Shown here one piece after another: positions 7,574 to 16,658 of a DNA stretch of 64,000 nucleotides (positions are counted from its first letter, which is position 1; every line of letters begins with the position of its first letter). The stretch comes from an uncultured Gemmatimonadota bacterium (lineage in GTDB: Bacteria > JAAXHH01). Both the position numbers and the translations under genes were made by a program. Where the stretch lies: NCBI GenBank assembly GCA_951812955.1, contig OX638340.1:1184001-1248000 (forward strand). The letters are read 5' to 3'. The notes under the pieces were generated by a model. That model was not told where the DNA came from, ran no database searches, and worked only from the letters and a program-made list of their open reading frames with translations.

Positions 7574-10453
7574 ATGGACACATCCTGGCGGGAACAGATC
7601 GGGAAAGAGATCGACTGCACGTTTAGGTTCGACGAAACGGCCAGGGTCCTGTACAGCACAGACGCCAGCATTTACGAAATCGAACCCCTGGGCGTCGCCT
7701 ATCCCGCCCACGCGGATCAGGTCTCCCGCATCCTCCGTTTCGCGTACGAACGGGGCATTCCCGTCACGCCCCGCGGCGGAGGCACCAGCCTGGGCGGCCA
7801 GGCCGTGGGACGCAGCATCCAGATCGACTTCTCGCGCCACATGAACCGGATTCTCGAGGTCGACGTCGAAGCGCGATGGGCGCGGATCCAGCCCGGCGTG
7901 GTACTCGACGAGCTCAACGCCCACCTGAAACCTCTCGGACTGCTATTCGCCCCTGACGTCTCTCCGAGCAACCGGGCGAACGTCGGCGGCATGATCGGCA
8001 ACAACTCCTGCGGGTCCCATTCCATCATCTACGGTAAGACGATAGACCACGTCCTGGAACTCGACGTGGTCCTGAGCGACGGTACGCAGACGGTCTTCAA
8101 GCCGGTCGGTGACCGCGAGTACGGCGAGAAGTCCGCCGAGGGCGGCATGCAGGGGAAGATCTATCGTGAAATCCGCCGTATCGCCCACGAGCACCGGGAC
8201 GAGATCGAGGCCCGTTACCCCCGGATCATGCGTCGGGTGGGCGGTTACAACCTGGACGAATTTCTCGGAGACGGTCCCTTCGATCCCTGCAAGATGATCG
8301 TCGGGTCCGAAGGCACCCTGGTCGCCGTGACCGAGGCGCGGGTCAACCTGGTTCCGCTGCCGGCCCATACCGGACTGGGCATCTGCCATTTCTCGGACCT
8401 GATCGAATCCATGGAGGCGACGGTCGAGATCCTGAAGACCGATCCCTCGGCAGTTGAACTCACCGACAGGACCATATTGGACCTGGCCAAGGCTTCTCCC
8501 GCGGCCGCTAATCAGCGCGACTTCATTGAAGGCGATCCGGAAGCCATCCTCATGGTCGAATACTACGGTGAAACGGCCGATGAGGTGTCGGACCGCCTGG
8601 ATGCCCTCGAAGTCCTGCTCCGCGAGAAAAACCTGGGCTATGCCTGTGTCCGGGCCACAACCGCCTCCGCCCAGTCGAACGCATGGGGAATCCGAAAGGC
8701 CGGGCTTGGGTTGCTGATGGGCATGAAGGGGGATACCAAGCCGGCCACTTTTGTGGAGGACACGGCCGTCTCGCCGGAGAAGCTGCCGGACTACATCCGC
8801 GACTTTCGCGATATCGTCCACAAACACGACACGGTGGCGTCCTACTACGCCCACGCTAGCGTGGGTACGATTCACATCCGGCCGCTCATCAACCTCAAGG
8901 AGGCCGGAGAGATCGCCAAAATGCGGTCCATCGCCGAAGAGATACGCGACCTGGTCATTGCCTATGGCGGCGCGGTCAGTTCCGAGCACGGCGACGGACT
9001 CGTGCGGAGCGAGTGGAACGAGAAGGTGTTCGGCCCGCGGCTCTACGAGGCCTTCAAAGAGGTCAAGGCCGTATTCGACCCGAACGGCATAATGAATCCA
9101 GGCAAGATCATCGCGAACCAGAAGATGACGGACAACCTTAGATTCGGACCGGCTTACCAGGCGGAGGAGATCAACACTTATTTCGATTTCTCCGGCGACG
9201 GCGGCTTCTCGCGGTCCATCGAACTCTGCAACGGGGTCGGCGCGTGTCGCAAGAAACTGGTGGGCACCATGTGCCCGTCCTATATCGCCACGCTCGACGA
9301 GGAACACAGCACCAGGGGCCGTGCGAACGTGCTCCGGGCCGCCCTCTCCGGCAAGCTGGACGATGAAGGCTTCACGAGCCGGCGGGTATACGAAGCCCTC
9401 GATCTATGCCTTGAGTGCAAGGGCTGCAAAGGGGAGTGTCCCTCCAACGTCGACATGGCCAAGATGAAGTACGAGTTCCTTGCCCACTATTACGAGAAAC
9501 ACGGCCTGCCCCTGCGCAACCGACTGTTCGGCCGCATCGAGACGCTCAACCGGCTTGGTTCCGCCTTCGCTCCGCTGAGCAACCGGGTCCTGAACCATCC
9601 CTGGCACAAGAGGATCCTGGAACGGACTATCGGCGTGGACAAGCGAAGGTCCCTGCCTGAATTCGCCGAGGAGACGTTCGAACAGTGGTTCTATCAACGA
9701 AGTCCGACGAACAGCGTTGGCCGCGACCGACCGACCGTCGTCTTTTTCCCCGACACCTTCATAAACTACAGCGAACCCCATATAGGCATCGCGGCGGTGG
9801 AGGTGCTGGAAAGCTCCGGCTACACAGTGGTGCTTGCCGAACCCCGCGCCTGCTGCGGCAGGCCCTTGATATCGAAAGGGATGCTGCGCCAGGCCCGGGC
9901 GGCCGCGGAATACAACATCGCTCAGCTGGAACGGTACGTGGACCGCGGTTGGGCGATCGTGGGCTGCGAACCCAGCTGCGTCATGACCTTCCGCGACGAT
10001 TACCCCGACCTCGTGGACGACCCGCGGGCCGCCAGGATAGCGGATGGCATGTTCATGATCGACGAGTTCCTTGCCAGGGAACACGAGGCCGGACGGCTTT
10101 CGCTCCCAGTCAGACCCACCGACGGTAAAATCAGCCTGCACGGGCATTGCCAGCAGAAGGCCATAGCCGGTACGGGTCCCACAGTGGCTTCCCTGGAGTT
10201 GGTGCCCGGTTACGAGGTAACGACCTTGAATACCGGGTGTTGCGGCATGGCCGGCAGCTTCGGCTACGAACGGGAGCACTACGACCTGTCCATGAAAATC
10301 GGCGAAGACCGGCTTTTCCCGGCCATCCGGAACGCCGATGAAGTGACCGAATTCGCGGCGACGGGGACCTCCTGCCGGCACCAGATCGCCGACGGCACGG
10401 GGAGGACGGTCCGCCACCCGATCGAGCTGATCAGGGTGGCCCTGGACCGCTGA
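7574..10453 (+). CDS. Fused FAD-linked oxidase (GlcD-like) / Fe-S CCG-domain oxidoreductase (GlcF-like)
   Basis: N-terminal FAD-binding PCMH domain (PRGGGTSLGGQAV). C-terminal cysteine-rich CCG motifs (CLECKGCKGECPSNVD; CCGRPL; CCGMAGSFGYE) as in glycolate oxidase / D-lactate dehydrogenase Fe-S subunits. 959 aa in a single frame. Confidence 0.85.
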   Translation: MDTSWREQIGKEIDCTFRFDETARVLYSTDASIYEIEPLGVAYPAHADQVSRILRFAYERGIPVTPRGGGTSLGGQAVGRSIQIDFSRHMNRILEVDVEARWARIQPGVVLDELNAHLKPLGLLFAPDVSPSNRANVGGMIGNNSCGSHSIIYGKTIDHVLELDVVLSDGTQTVFKPVGDREYGEKSAEGGMQGKIYREIRRIAHEHRDEIEARYPRIMRRVGGYNLDEFLGDGPFDPCKMIVGSEGTLVAVTEARVNLVPLPAHTGLGICHFSDLIESMEATVEILKTDPSAVELTDRTILDLAKASPAAANQRDFIEGDPEAILMVEYYGETADEVSDRLDALEVLLREKNLGYACVRATTASAQSNAWGIRKAGLGLLMGMKGDTKPATFVEDTAVSPEKLPDYIRDFRDIVHKHDTVASYYAHASVGTIHIRPLINLKEAGEIAKMRSIAEEIRDLVIAYGGAVSSEHGDGLVRSEWNEKVFGPRLYEAFKEVKAVFDPNGIMNPGKIIANQKMTDNLRFGPAYQAEEINTYFDFSGDGGFSRSIELCNGVGACRKKLVGTMCPSYIATLDEEHSTRGRANVLRAALSGKLDDEGFTSRRVYEALDLCLECKGCKGECPSNVDMAKMKYEFLAHYYEKHGLPLRNRLFGRIETLNRLGSAFAPLSNRVLNHPWHKRILERTIGVDKRRSLPEFAEETFEQWFYQRSPTNSVGRDRPTVVFFPDTFINYSEPHIGIAAVEVLESSGYTVVLAEPRACCGRPLISKGMLRQARAAAEYNIAQLERYVDRGWAIVGCEPSCVMTFRDDYPDLVDDPRAARIADGMFMIDEFLAREHEAGRLSLPVRPTDGKISLHGHCQQKAIAGTGPTVASLELVPGYEVTTLNTGCCGMAGSFGYEREHYDLSMKIGEDRLFPAIRNADEVTEFAATGTSCRHQIADGTGRTVRHPIELIRVALDR

Positions 10454-10467
10454 CGGAGCATCTATCG

Positions 10468-11118
10468 TTGAACCACGCACCCTGTTTCTCCACTTTTTCC
10501 ATCGTCGCCCTGGATCCCGACACGGGGGATCTCGGCGTGGCGACCCAGTCGAAGTACCTCGCCGTGGGATCCGTGGTGCCCTGGGCAAGATTCAATGCGG
10601 GCGCCATCGCCACGCAGGCCTGGGCGAACGCTTCCTTTGGCCCCAGGGGCCTCGACCTGCTCGAAGCCGACGTGGGCGCCATCGACACCCTGGAACGGCT
10701 GATCGAATCCGATCCCGGACGGAAGTCCCGCCAGGTGGCCGTGGTGGATCTCGATGGTACGGCGGCGGCCTTTACGGGGGAGGATTGCCAGGAGTGGGCG
10801 GGACACGTTACCGGCCCGGGCTTCGTCTGCCTGGGTAACATTCTGGCGGGAGAAGAGGTGGTCAACGCCATGGCAGAAACGTTCGAAGCGCCTGGTGAAG
10901 AGCGTTTCGCCGAATCACTGCTGTCGGTGCTTGCCGCGGGCCAGGCGGCCGGGGGAGACCGTAGGGGCCGGCAGTCGGCCGCCCTGCTCGTGGCGCGGGA
11001 AGGTGGCGGTTGCGGTGGTACATCGGACTACCTCGCGGATCTCCGGGTCGACGACCACACCGACCCAATCGAGGAACTGCAGCGTCTGTATGGGCTCCAC
11101 GCAAGGCTGAATCCATGA
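10468..11118 (+). CDS. DUF1028-family (Ntn-hydrolase-like) protein
   Basis: N-terminal STFSIVALDPDTGDLGVATQSK matches the conserved TFSIVARDPETGE…GVAV start of DUF1028 proteins. TTG start inferred. Confidence 0.55.
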   Translation: MNHAPCFSTFSIVALDPDTGDLGVATQSKYLAVGSVVPWARFNAGAIATQAWANASFGPRGLDLLEADVGAIDTLERLIESDPGRKSRQVAVVDLDGTAAAFTGEDCQEWAGHVTGPGFVCLGNILAGEEVVNAMAETFEAPGEERFAESLLSVLAAGQAAGGDRRGRQSAALLVAREGGGCGGTSDYLADLRVDDHTDPIEELQRLYGLHARLNP

Positions 11119-12320
11119 AGTCGGATATACAGCGCGCCAAGCTGGTCCTGCTTACCGTAGTTCATTTCCTGGTGGACCTCTTTTCCTCCCTGGTAACCCC
11201 CATTCTCCCCGCGCTCGTGACGCGGCTGCAGCTTTCGCTCACGCAGGCGGGCATACTCGCCGGCCTGCCGGCCATGACCTCCTCCCTCGTCCAGCCCCTG
11301 ATGGGCGTACTCGGCGACCGGATGGAGAAACGGTATTTCATCATCCTCGGACCGTTGTTCTGTGCCGTCTTCATGTCGGCCGTGGGACTGGCCCCCTCCT
11401 TCATGATGCTGCTGCTGTTCATCATCCTGGGAGGATTCGGCACCGCCAGCTTCCACCCGCAGAGCGTATCCATGGCCGGTGACGTCAGCGGATCGAGGCG
11501 GGGATACGGCGTGTCGCTCTTCATCGTCGGCGGAACCGCCGGGCTGGCGGCCAGCCCATTCGTCGTGCCCCGCATCGTGGAACGATTCGGACTCGAAAGC
11601 CTCGTCTGGCTGTCCGTGCCCACGGTGATCGCCGTGCTGGCGATGGCCCGGGTCATTCCCATTCGCAACGAGGATCGCAGGGTGACCCGCCTGGCCGATG
11701 TGGGCGCTTCCTTTCGTCCGAACCTCTGGCCCATGGTCAATCTCACCGTGGTGGGCATCATCCGGACCATCTCGGGAGTCGGCTTCGCCACATTTTTCGT
11801 GTTGCTGCTACAGGACCGGGGACTTACCCTGCAGCAGGGGGGAGACCTGCTCTTCGTTTACCAGGCCGGCGCGGTGATCGGCGGATTCGTCGGAGGCTGG
11901 CTGTCGGACAGGCTGGGACGGGGCCGCGTGATCTGGTCTACGATCCTGATGTCCACACCCTTCCTGCTCGTTTCACTGTATGATACCGGACCGCTGCTTC
12001 CCCTGTGGCTGTTCCTTGGAGGATTCATGAACATGGCGTCCAATTCCGTCTCCGTAGCCATGGCCCAGGAGCTCGTTCCGGACAGCGCGGGGACGGCTTC
12101 CGCCTTTCCCATGGGCTTCAGCTGGGGCGCGGCGGGAGGCGCACTGATCATCTTCGGCAGTATCGCGGACCGCATCGGCGTGGTGCCTACCCTTGAAGTG
12201 CTGGCACTGGTACCACTGGCCGCGGTGGTGCTGGCCCTGATGCTGCCGCGCGACCGAGAATTCCGGCGGGGCGCGACCCAGGTGCGAAAGACGGCAACAG
12301 CCACGGGGCGGGTATCGTGA
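11116..12320 (+). CDS. MFS transporter
   Basis: 12 predicted TM helices. Start ATG at 11116 overlaps the previous stop. Typical MFS loop motifs (GVLGDRMEKR between TM2 and TM3). Confidence 0.8.
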
Positions 12321-12411
12321 AACCGGGGAGATTTTCGAAGTTGCCGGGAATGTGTACTCCGGGCTTGCCGTGACCACCAGTTGACACCATGACCTTGAAG
12401 GAGGCCCTTTG

Positions 12412-12762
12412 ATGTCGGATCACATCGTGCAACTCACCACGATGGAAGAACTGGAAAAGGCCGTAACGTCGTCGTCTGACCGGCCGGTATTCGTATATAA
12501 GCACAGTACGGTTTGCCCGGTAAGCGCCCGGGCCGCGGATCAATACAACGATTTCGCGGAAGAAGACGCATCCTCGCCGGCCCCAATGTTCACTCAAGTA
12601 ATGGTTATTGAGCACAGGGACATCTCCAATGCGATCGAATCCCGCCTGGATGTCAGGCACGAATCGCCGCAATTGCTCCTCCTCAGGGATGGGAAGGTCG
12701 CCTGGCACGCCTCCCATTTCTCCATTACGGGAAAGGCCATAGGGCAAGCGTTGGAGGGCTAG
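12412..12762 (+). CDS. Thioredoxin-like monothiol protein (YtxJ/DUF2847-like)
   Basis: A single TxCPxS-type motif (HSTVCPVS) in a ~115-aa thioredoxin-fold-sized protein. AAGGAGG RBS 7 nt upstream. Confidence 0.5.
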   Translation: MSDHIVQLTTMEELEKAVTSSSDRPVFVYKHSTVCPVSARAADQYNDFAEEDASSPAPMFTQVMVIEHRDISNAIESRLDVRHESPQLLLLRDGKVAWHASHFSITGKAIGQALEG

Positions 12763-12765
12763 CAC

Positions 12766-13971
12766 ATGTCGAGACATGCCGTCATCATAGGCGCGGGTGT
12801 GACCGGGCTCAGCACGGCGTACCATCTCGCCCGAAGGTCCTACGGCAGAATCACGGTCATCGAGAAGGGACGCGTCGGCGACGGCGCCAGTAGCCGCGCC
12901 GCGGGTATAATCACGGGGCTGCTGTGGTCGGAAACCGGCATACGGGCCCGCAAAATCAGCCTGGACCGGTTCAGGGAACTGTCCGATGAACTGGATGGTT
13001 ACCGGTTCCAGGACGTAGGCTGCCTTAATCTCTTCGACGCTTCCAGTTGGCCGGAAAGGGAACGTCTGCTACCCCTGTATGACCGCCTGGGTGTGAAATA
13101 CGAGATACTGGACTCGGCAGAAATGGCCGCGACGTGGCCGGACCTGGTTCTGACCGGGGAGCCGATCGGGCTTTACGATCCCCTGGGCGGCTACAGCGAA
13201 CCGGACCACTATGTACCCGCCCTGGCTGAGGGCTGCCGGAAACTGGGGGTGGAGATCAGGGAGGGCTGCATGATCTCTGACTTCATCATGGACTCGGGAC
13301 GCATGGCCGGCGTCGTCGCAGAAGACGAACGCATAGAAGCGGATGCGGTGGTGAGTACCGTGCACGTATGGACCCTGAAGGTGCTGGAAAGTGTCGGACT
13401 TCAGCTGCCCTTGAAGTCCTTCATCCACCAGCGTTACGTTACGGCGCCCTTGCCATCCCCGGCCAGGATACCGGCGGTCAACGCCAATCCCTACGGCGGA
13501 TACATCCGGCCGCACTACGGTCAGCGTTTGCTGGCCGGAATCGAAAACCCCGCGGCGCCGGAGTTTCGTGTCCCCGACCGGTCCTTCAGGATGTCGACAA
13601 TCACTCCGCCGGCGGGTCTCGGCGACGCGGCGCGGGATAACCTGCTTCCGCTCGTGCCCTCGACGGGCAGGACCGAATGGGAAATCCAGAAGGCCGGGCT
13701 TCTGTCCTTCTCCGGGGACGGTGAACCGGTACTCGGCCCCGTGGAGCGCTTTCCGGGACTGTATGTGGGGGTAGCCTTTCATTCCGGGGGATTCGCGTAC
13801 AATCCGGCGGCAGGCGCGTTGCTGGCGGGATGCGTCGCGGACGGAAGTCCCGAAATCGATATCGGGAATTTTTCGCCCAACCGGTTCGACCCGAGTGAAA
13901 CGGATGCCTACAACAGGACACTGATTACGCATGAAGAATACAACGAGACCGGGCTTTCCAGACGACACTGA
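12766..13971 (+). CDS. FAD-dependent oxidoreductase (DAO / glycine-oxidase-like)
   Basis: N-terminal Rossmann dinucleotide motif VIIGAGVTGLSTAYHLA…ITVIEKG. Size and layout match the DAO family. Confidence 0.8.
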   Translation: MSRHAVIIGAGVTGLSTAYHLARRSYGRITVIEKGRVGDGASSRAAGIITGLLWSETGIRARKISLDRFRELSDELDGYRFQDVGCLNLFDASSWPERERLLPLYDRLGVKYEILDSAEMAATWPDLVLTGEPIGLYDPLGGYSEPDHYVPALAEGCRKLGVEIREGCMISDFIMDSGRMAGVVAEDERIEADAVVSTVHVWTLKVLESVGLQLPLKSFIHQRYVTAPLPSPARIPAVNANPYGGYIRPHYGQRLLAGIENPAAPEFRVPDRSFRMSTITPPAGLGDAARDNLLPLVPSTGRTEWEIQKAGLLSFSGDGEPVLGPVERFPGLYVGVAFHSGGFAYNPAAGALLAGCVADGSPEIDIGNFSPNRFDPSETDAYNRTLITHEEYNETGLSRRH

Positions 13972-14079
13972 GGCAAGCACTTCCTTTAACGTGCACGTTC
14001 AGCGCACGTAGCGCGTGCACGCGCCTTCAAAGCCGTTCCACACTTCCCGGATATCGCTGCTTGGAGCGTAGATACTACC

Positions 14080-15264
14080 GTGGTTTCGAACGTCGATACC
14101 CTACTTGATTCCAGCCGGATCGAAGCGTTTCGCAGCGCCCTGCTCGCCTGGTACGAGACTCACCAGCGGGAAATGCCCTGGCGCGGATCCCCCGACCCCT
14201 ACGCGGTCTGGATTTCGGAGATCATGCTCCAGCAGACGCGCGTAGACCAGGTCCGGCCCTATTACGACAGGTTCATGAAACGTTTCCCCACGGTAGAAGC
14301 CCTGGGCATGGCTTCGCTCGAGGAAATCCTGAAGGCGTGGGAAGGCATGGGGTACTACGCCCGGGCGAGAAACCTCCATCGAGCAGCCGGGCAGATCGTC
14401 GAACGGCACGAAGGAAAGATACCCGACAACCCGGCTCAGATCTCCGTTCTGCCTGGCATCGGGCCCTATACGGCCGCAGCTGTATTGAGTATCGCCTACG
14501 GGAGAGACTGCCCCGTGGTCGACGGAAATGTCGTTCGCGTGCTGAGCCGCCTGTTCCACCTTACGGATGATCCCGCGGCCGCCGCTGCGAAGAAGCAGAT
14601 GGCCGCGCTGGCCGAAAGACTGCTCGTAACGGGGCGAGCCGGGGATTTCAACCAGGCCATGATGGAACTGGGAGCAACTGTGTGTACACCGCGGCAACCG
14701 GACTGCGGGGGTTGTCCCGTAAGTAGCTTCTGCCTTGCCCGCAGGGAACTGCCGGACCCTTCGGTCCTGCCACGCAAACAGCCGCGCAAACAACGTCCCC
14801 ACCATCATGTTGCCGCTGGCATCGTGCGCAGGGGAGACAAAATCCTGATCGTACGACGGCCAATGGATGGGCTGTTGGGCGGTCTGTGGGAGTTTCCGGG
14901 CGGGAAATCGGAGGATGAGGCAGCCATGGAAGAGTTTCTGCGTAACGACTTAAAACGTAAACTGGGCATTGAAATCCGTGTCGGCCGAGTCCTGGCGACC
15001 GTCAGGCACGCATTTACCCATTTCGAGATGACGTTACACGGATACGATTGTACGTATCATGGCGGGGAAGCGCGTCACCGGGACGGCAACGAATGCCGTT
15101 GGATTCGATTCGAAGATTACGAACAGTACGCTTTTCCCAGGGCACACATCCGACTCATCGAAACCATGAAGGAATCAGAAGGAAGTCCCCAACCTGCCTC
15201 GGCCACACAGTCCGAACTGTCCGCACAGTCCGGACCATCCACCAAAAATCTACCGAATGCCTGA
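14080..15264 (+). CDS. mutY: A/G-specific adenine DNA glycosylase MutY
   Basis: HhH-GPD domain (WEGMGYYARARNLH…VLPGIGPYTAAAVLSIAYG). 4Fe-4S cluster loop C-x6-C-x2-C-x5-C (CTPRQPDCGGCPVSSFC). C-terminal NUDIX-like domain (GLWEFPGGK). Confidence 0.88.
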   Translation: MVSNVDTLLDSSRIEAFRSALLAWYETHQREMPWRGSPDPYAVWISEIMLQQTRVDQVRPYYDRFMKRFPTVEALGMASLEEILKAWEGMGYYARARNLHRAAGQIVERHEGKIPDNPAQISVLPGIGPYTAAAVLSIAYGRDCPVVDGNVVRVLSRLFHLTDDPAAAAAKKQMAALAERLLVTGRAGDFNQAMMELGATVCTPRQPDCGGCPVSSFCLARRELPDPSVLPRKQPRKQRPHHHVAAGIVRRGDKILIVRRPMDGLLGGLWEFPGGKSEDEAAMEEFLRNDLKRKLGIEIRVGRVLATVRHAFTHFEMTLHGYDCTYHGGEARHRDGNECRWIRFEDYEQYAFPRAHIRLIETMKESEGSPQPASATQSELSAQSGPSTKNLPNA

Positions 15265-15276
15265 AACCACAGGCGC

Positions 15277-16356
15277 TTACCGGCCCTTGGCCGAAGGTGC
15301 GGTCCTCGACGCCGGTTTCTCCTCGGCGCCATTGTTCGCGGTGGCGGCGTCCTGACTCGCCGGCGCAAAGACCGCGCGCACTTTCTGCTCTATCTCCTGG
15401 GCGAGTTCCCGGCGTTCCCGGAGCAACTGCCGCACGTTTTCGCGGCCCTGCCCCAGCCGTTCGTCATCGTAGGAGAACCATGTCCCGCTCTTATCAATGA
15501 TGCCGTTATTGACGCCTAGTTCGATCAGGTCGCTTTCTTTGGAAATGCCTTCTCCGTAGATTATGTCGAATTGCGCCTCGCGAAAAGGAGCCGCCAGCTT
15601 GTTCTTCTTTACGGTACCCCGAACCTGGATGCCCGCCGAAGCGTCTTCTCCCTTGATGTTCCCGATCCTGCGTACCTCGATCCGGATCGAGGAGTAGAAC
15701 TTCAGGGCCAGTCCGCCGGTCGTCGTTTCCGGATTGCCGTACATTACCCCGATTTTCTGGCGGATCTGGTTGATGAAGACCAGGCAGGTTCCGGATCTGT
15801 TGATCACCGAGGTCAATTTCCGCAGCGCCTGCGACATCAGGCGGGCCTGCAGACCGACGTGCGAATCACCCATTTCGCCTTCTATCTCGGCCCTCGGAAC
15901 GAGCGCGGCGACGGAGTCGATGACGATGACGTCCACGCCACCGCTGCGAACGAGTATCTCGGCGACGTCGAGGGCCTGTTCGCCCGTATCCGGCTGATGA
16001 ATGAGCAGTTTGTCCATATCCACGCCGAGTGCCCGCGCGTAGCGGATGTCCAGCGCATGCTCCGCGTCGATGAAGGCCGCCATCCCACCCAGTTTCTGTG
16101 CTTCCGCCACGATATGCTTGGCCAGCGTCGTTTTTCCGGAAGACTCGTTTCCGTATATCTCCACCACGCGTCCACGCGGCACGCCGCCTATACCGAGCGC
16201 CAGATCGAGGGTCAGGGATCCCGTTGGTATGGATTCTACGGCCAGTTGAGGGTTTTCGTCTCCCATCCTGATAATGGAACCCTTGCCGAACTGCCGCTCT
16301 ATCTGCGTTATGGCGCCGCTGAGTGCCTTCTCCTTACCCGGATCGATATCTTTCAT
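15277..16356 (-). CDS. recA: Recombinase RecA
   Basis: Full-length match to RecA, including Walker [12 protein letters not shown], the L1/L2 loops and the C-terminal acidic tail. Confidence 0.97.
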   Translation of the reverse strand: MKDIDPGKEKALSGAITQIERQFGKGSIIRMGDENPQLAVESIPTGSLTLDLALGIGGVPRGRVVEIYGNESSGKTTLAKHIVAEAQKLGGMAAFIDAEHALDIRYARALGVDMDKLLIHQPDTGEQALDVAEILVRSGGVDVIVIDSVAALVPRAEIEGEMGDSHVGLQARLMSQALRKLTSVINRSGTCLVFINQIRQKIGVMYGNPETTTGGLALKFYSSIRIEVRRIGNIKGEDASAGIQVRGTVKKNKLAAPFREAQFDIIYGEGISKESDLIELGVNNGIIDKSGTWFSYDDERLGQGRENVRQLLRERRELAQEIEQKVRAVFAPASQDAATANNGAEEKPASRTAPSAKGR

Positions 16357-16398
16357 ATCCGCGGTCTCCCCCTCGTTGATGTCTTGTGAGAATCTCCT

Positions 16399-16420
16399 GG
16401 CATATCCTACTCAATATGCC
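16399..16420. promoter_or_regulatory. Perfect 7-bp inverted repeat (GGCATAT-N8-ATATGCC) ~45 nt upstream of recA; candidate LexA/SOS-type operator
   Basis: ggcatatcctactcaatatgcc sits between divergent recA and the TPR gene. A second palindrome aaaca-tg-tgttt follows at 16421-16432. The assignment to LexA is inference only. Confidence 0.3.
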
Positions 16421-16658
16421 AAACATGTGTTTAGTGTCAAGCGGTTTCCGGTTGACTGATTGAATTAGTCGGAGTCAGGTGAGGATTCTTGGAAAAAAAG
16501 TACCGCGGGACCGTATCAAAGTAAAGTAGTTTCGAGGCGATTCCGGGGCAGATCGGCATTGCCGGGCAAAAATGGAAGTACAAACGCTGAAATACCGTAT
16601 ATTACAATGGTATGCATACCGCCAGGCCTCTGCAAAACAGTTGAAGCGAGGAATATAA

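Noticed and set aside
7943-9307. 454-aa ORF on the - strand
   Set aside because: It is antisense to the 959-aa FAD/Fe-S oxidoreductase and is a high-GC artefact.
9404-10588. 394-aa ORF on the - strand
   Set aside because: It is antisense to the same oxidoreductase and the start of DUF1028, with no motifs.
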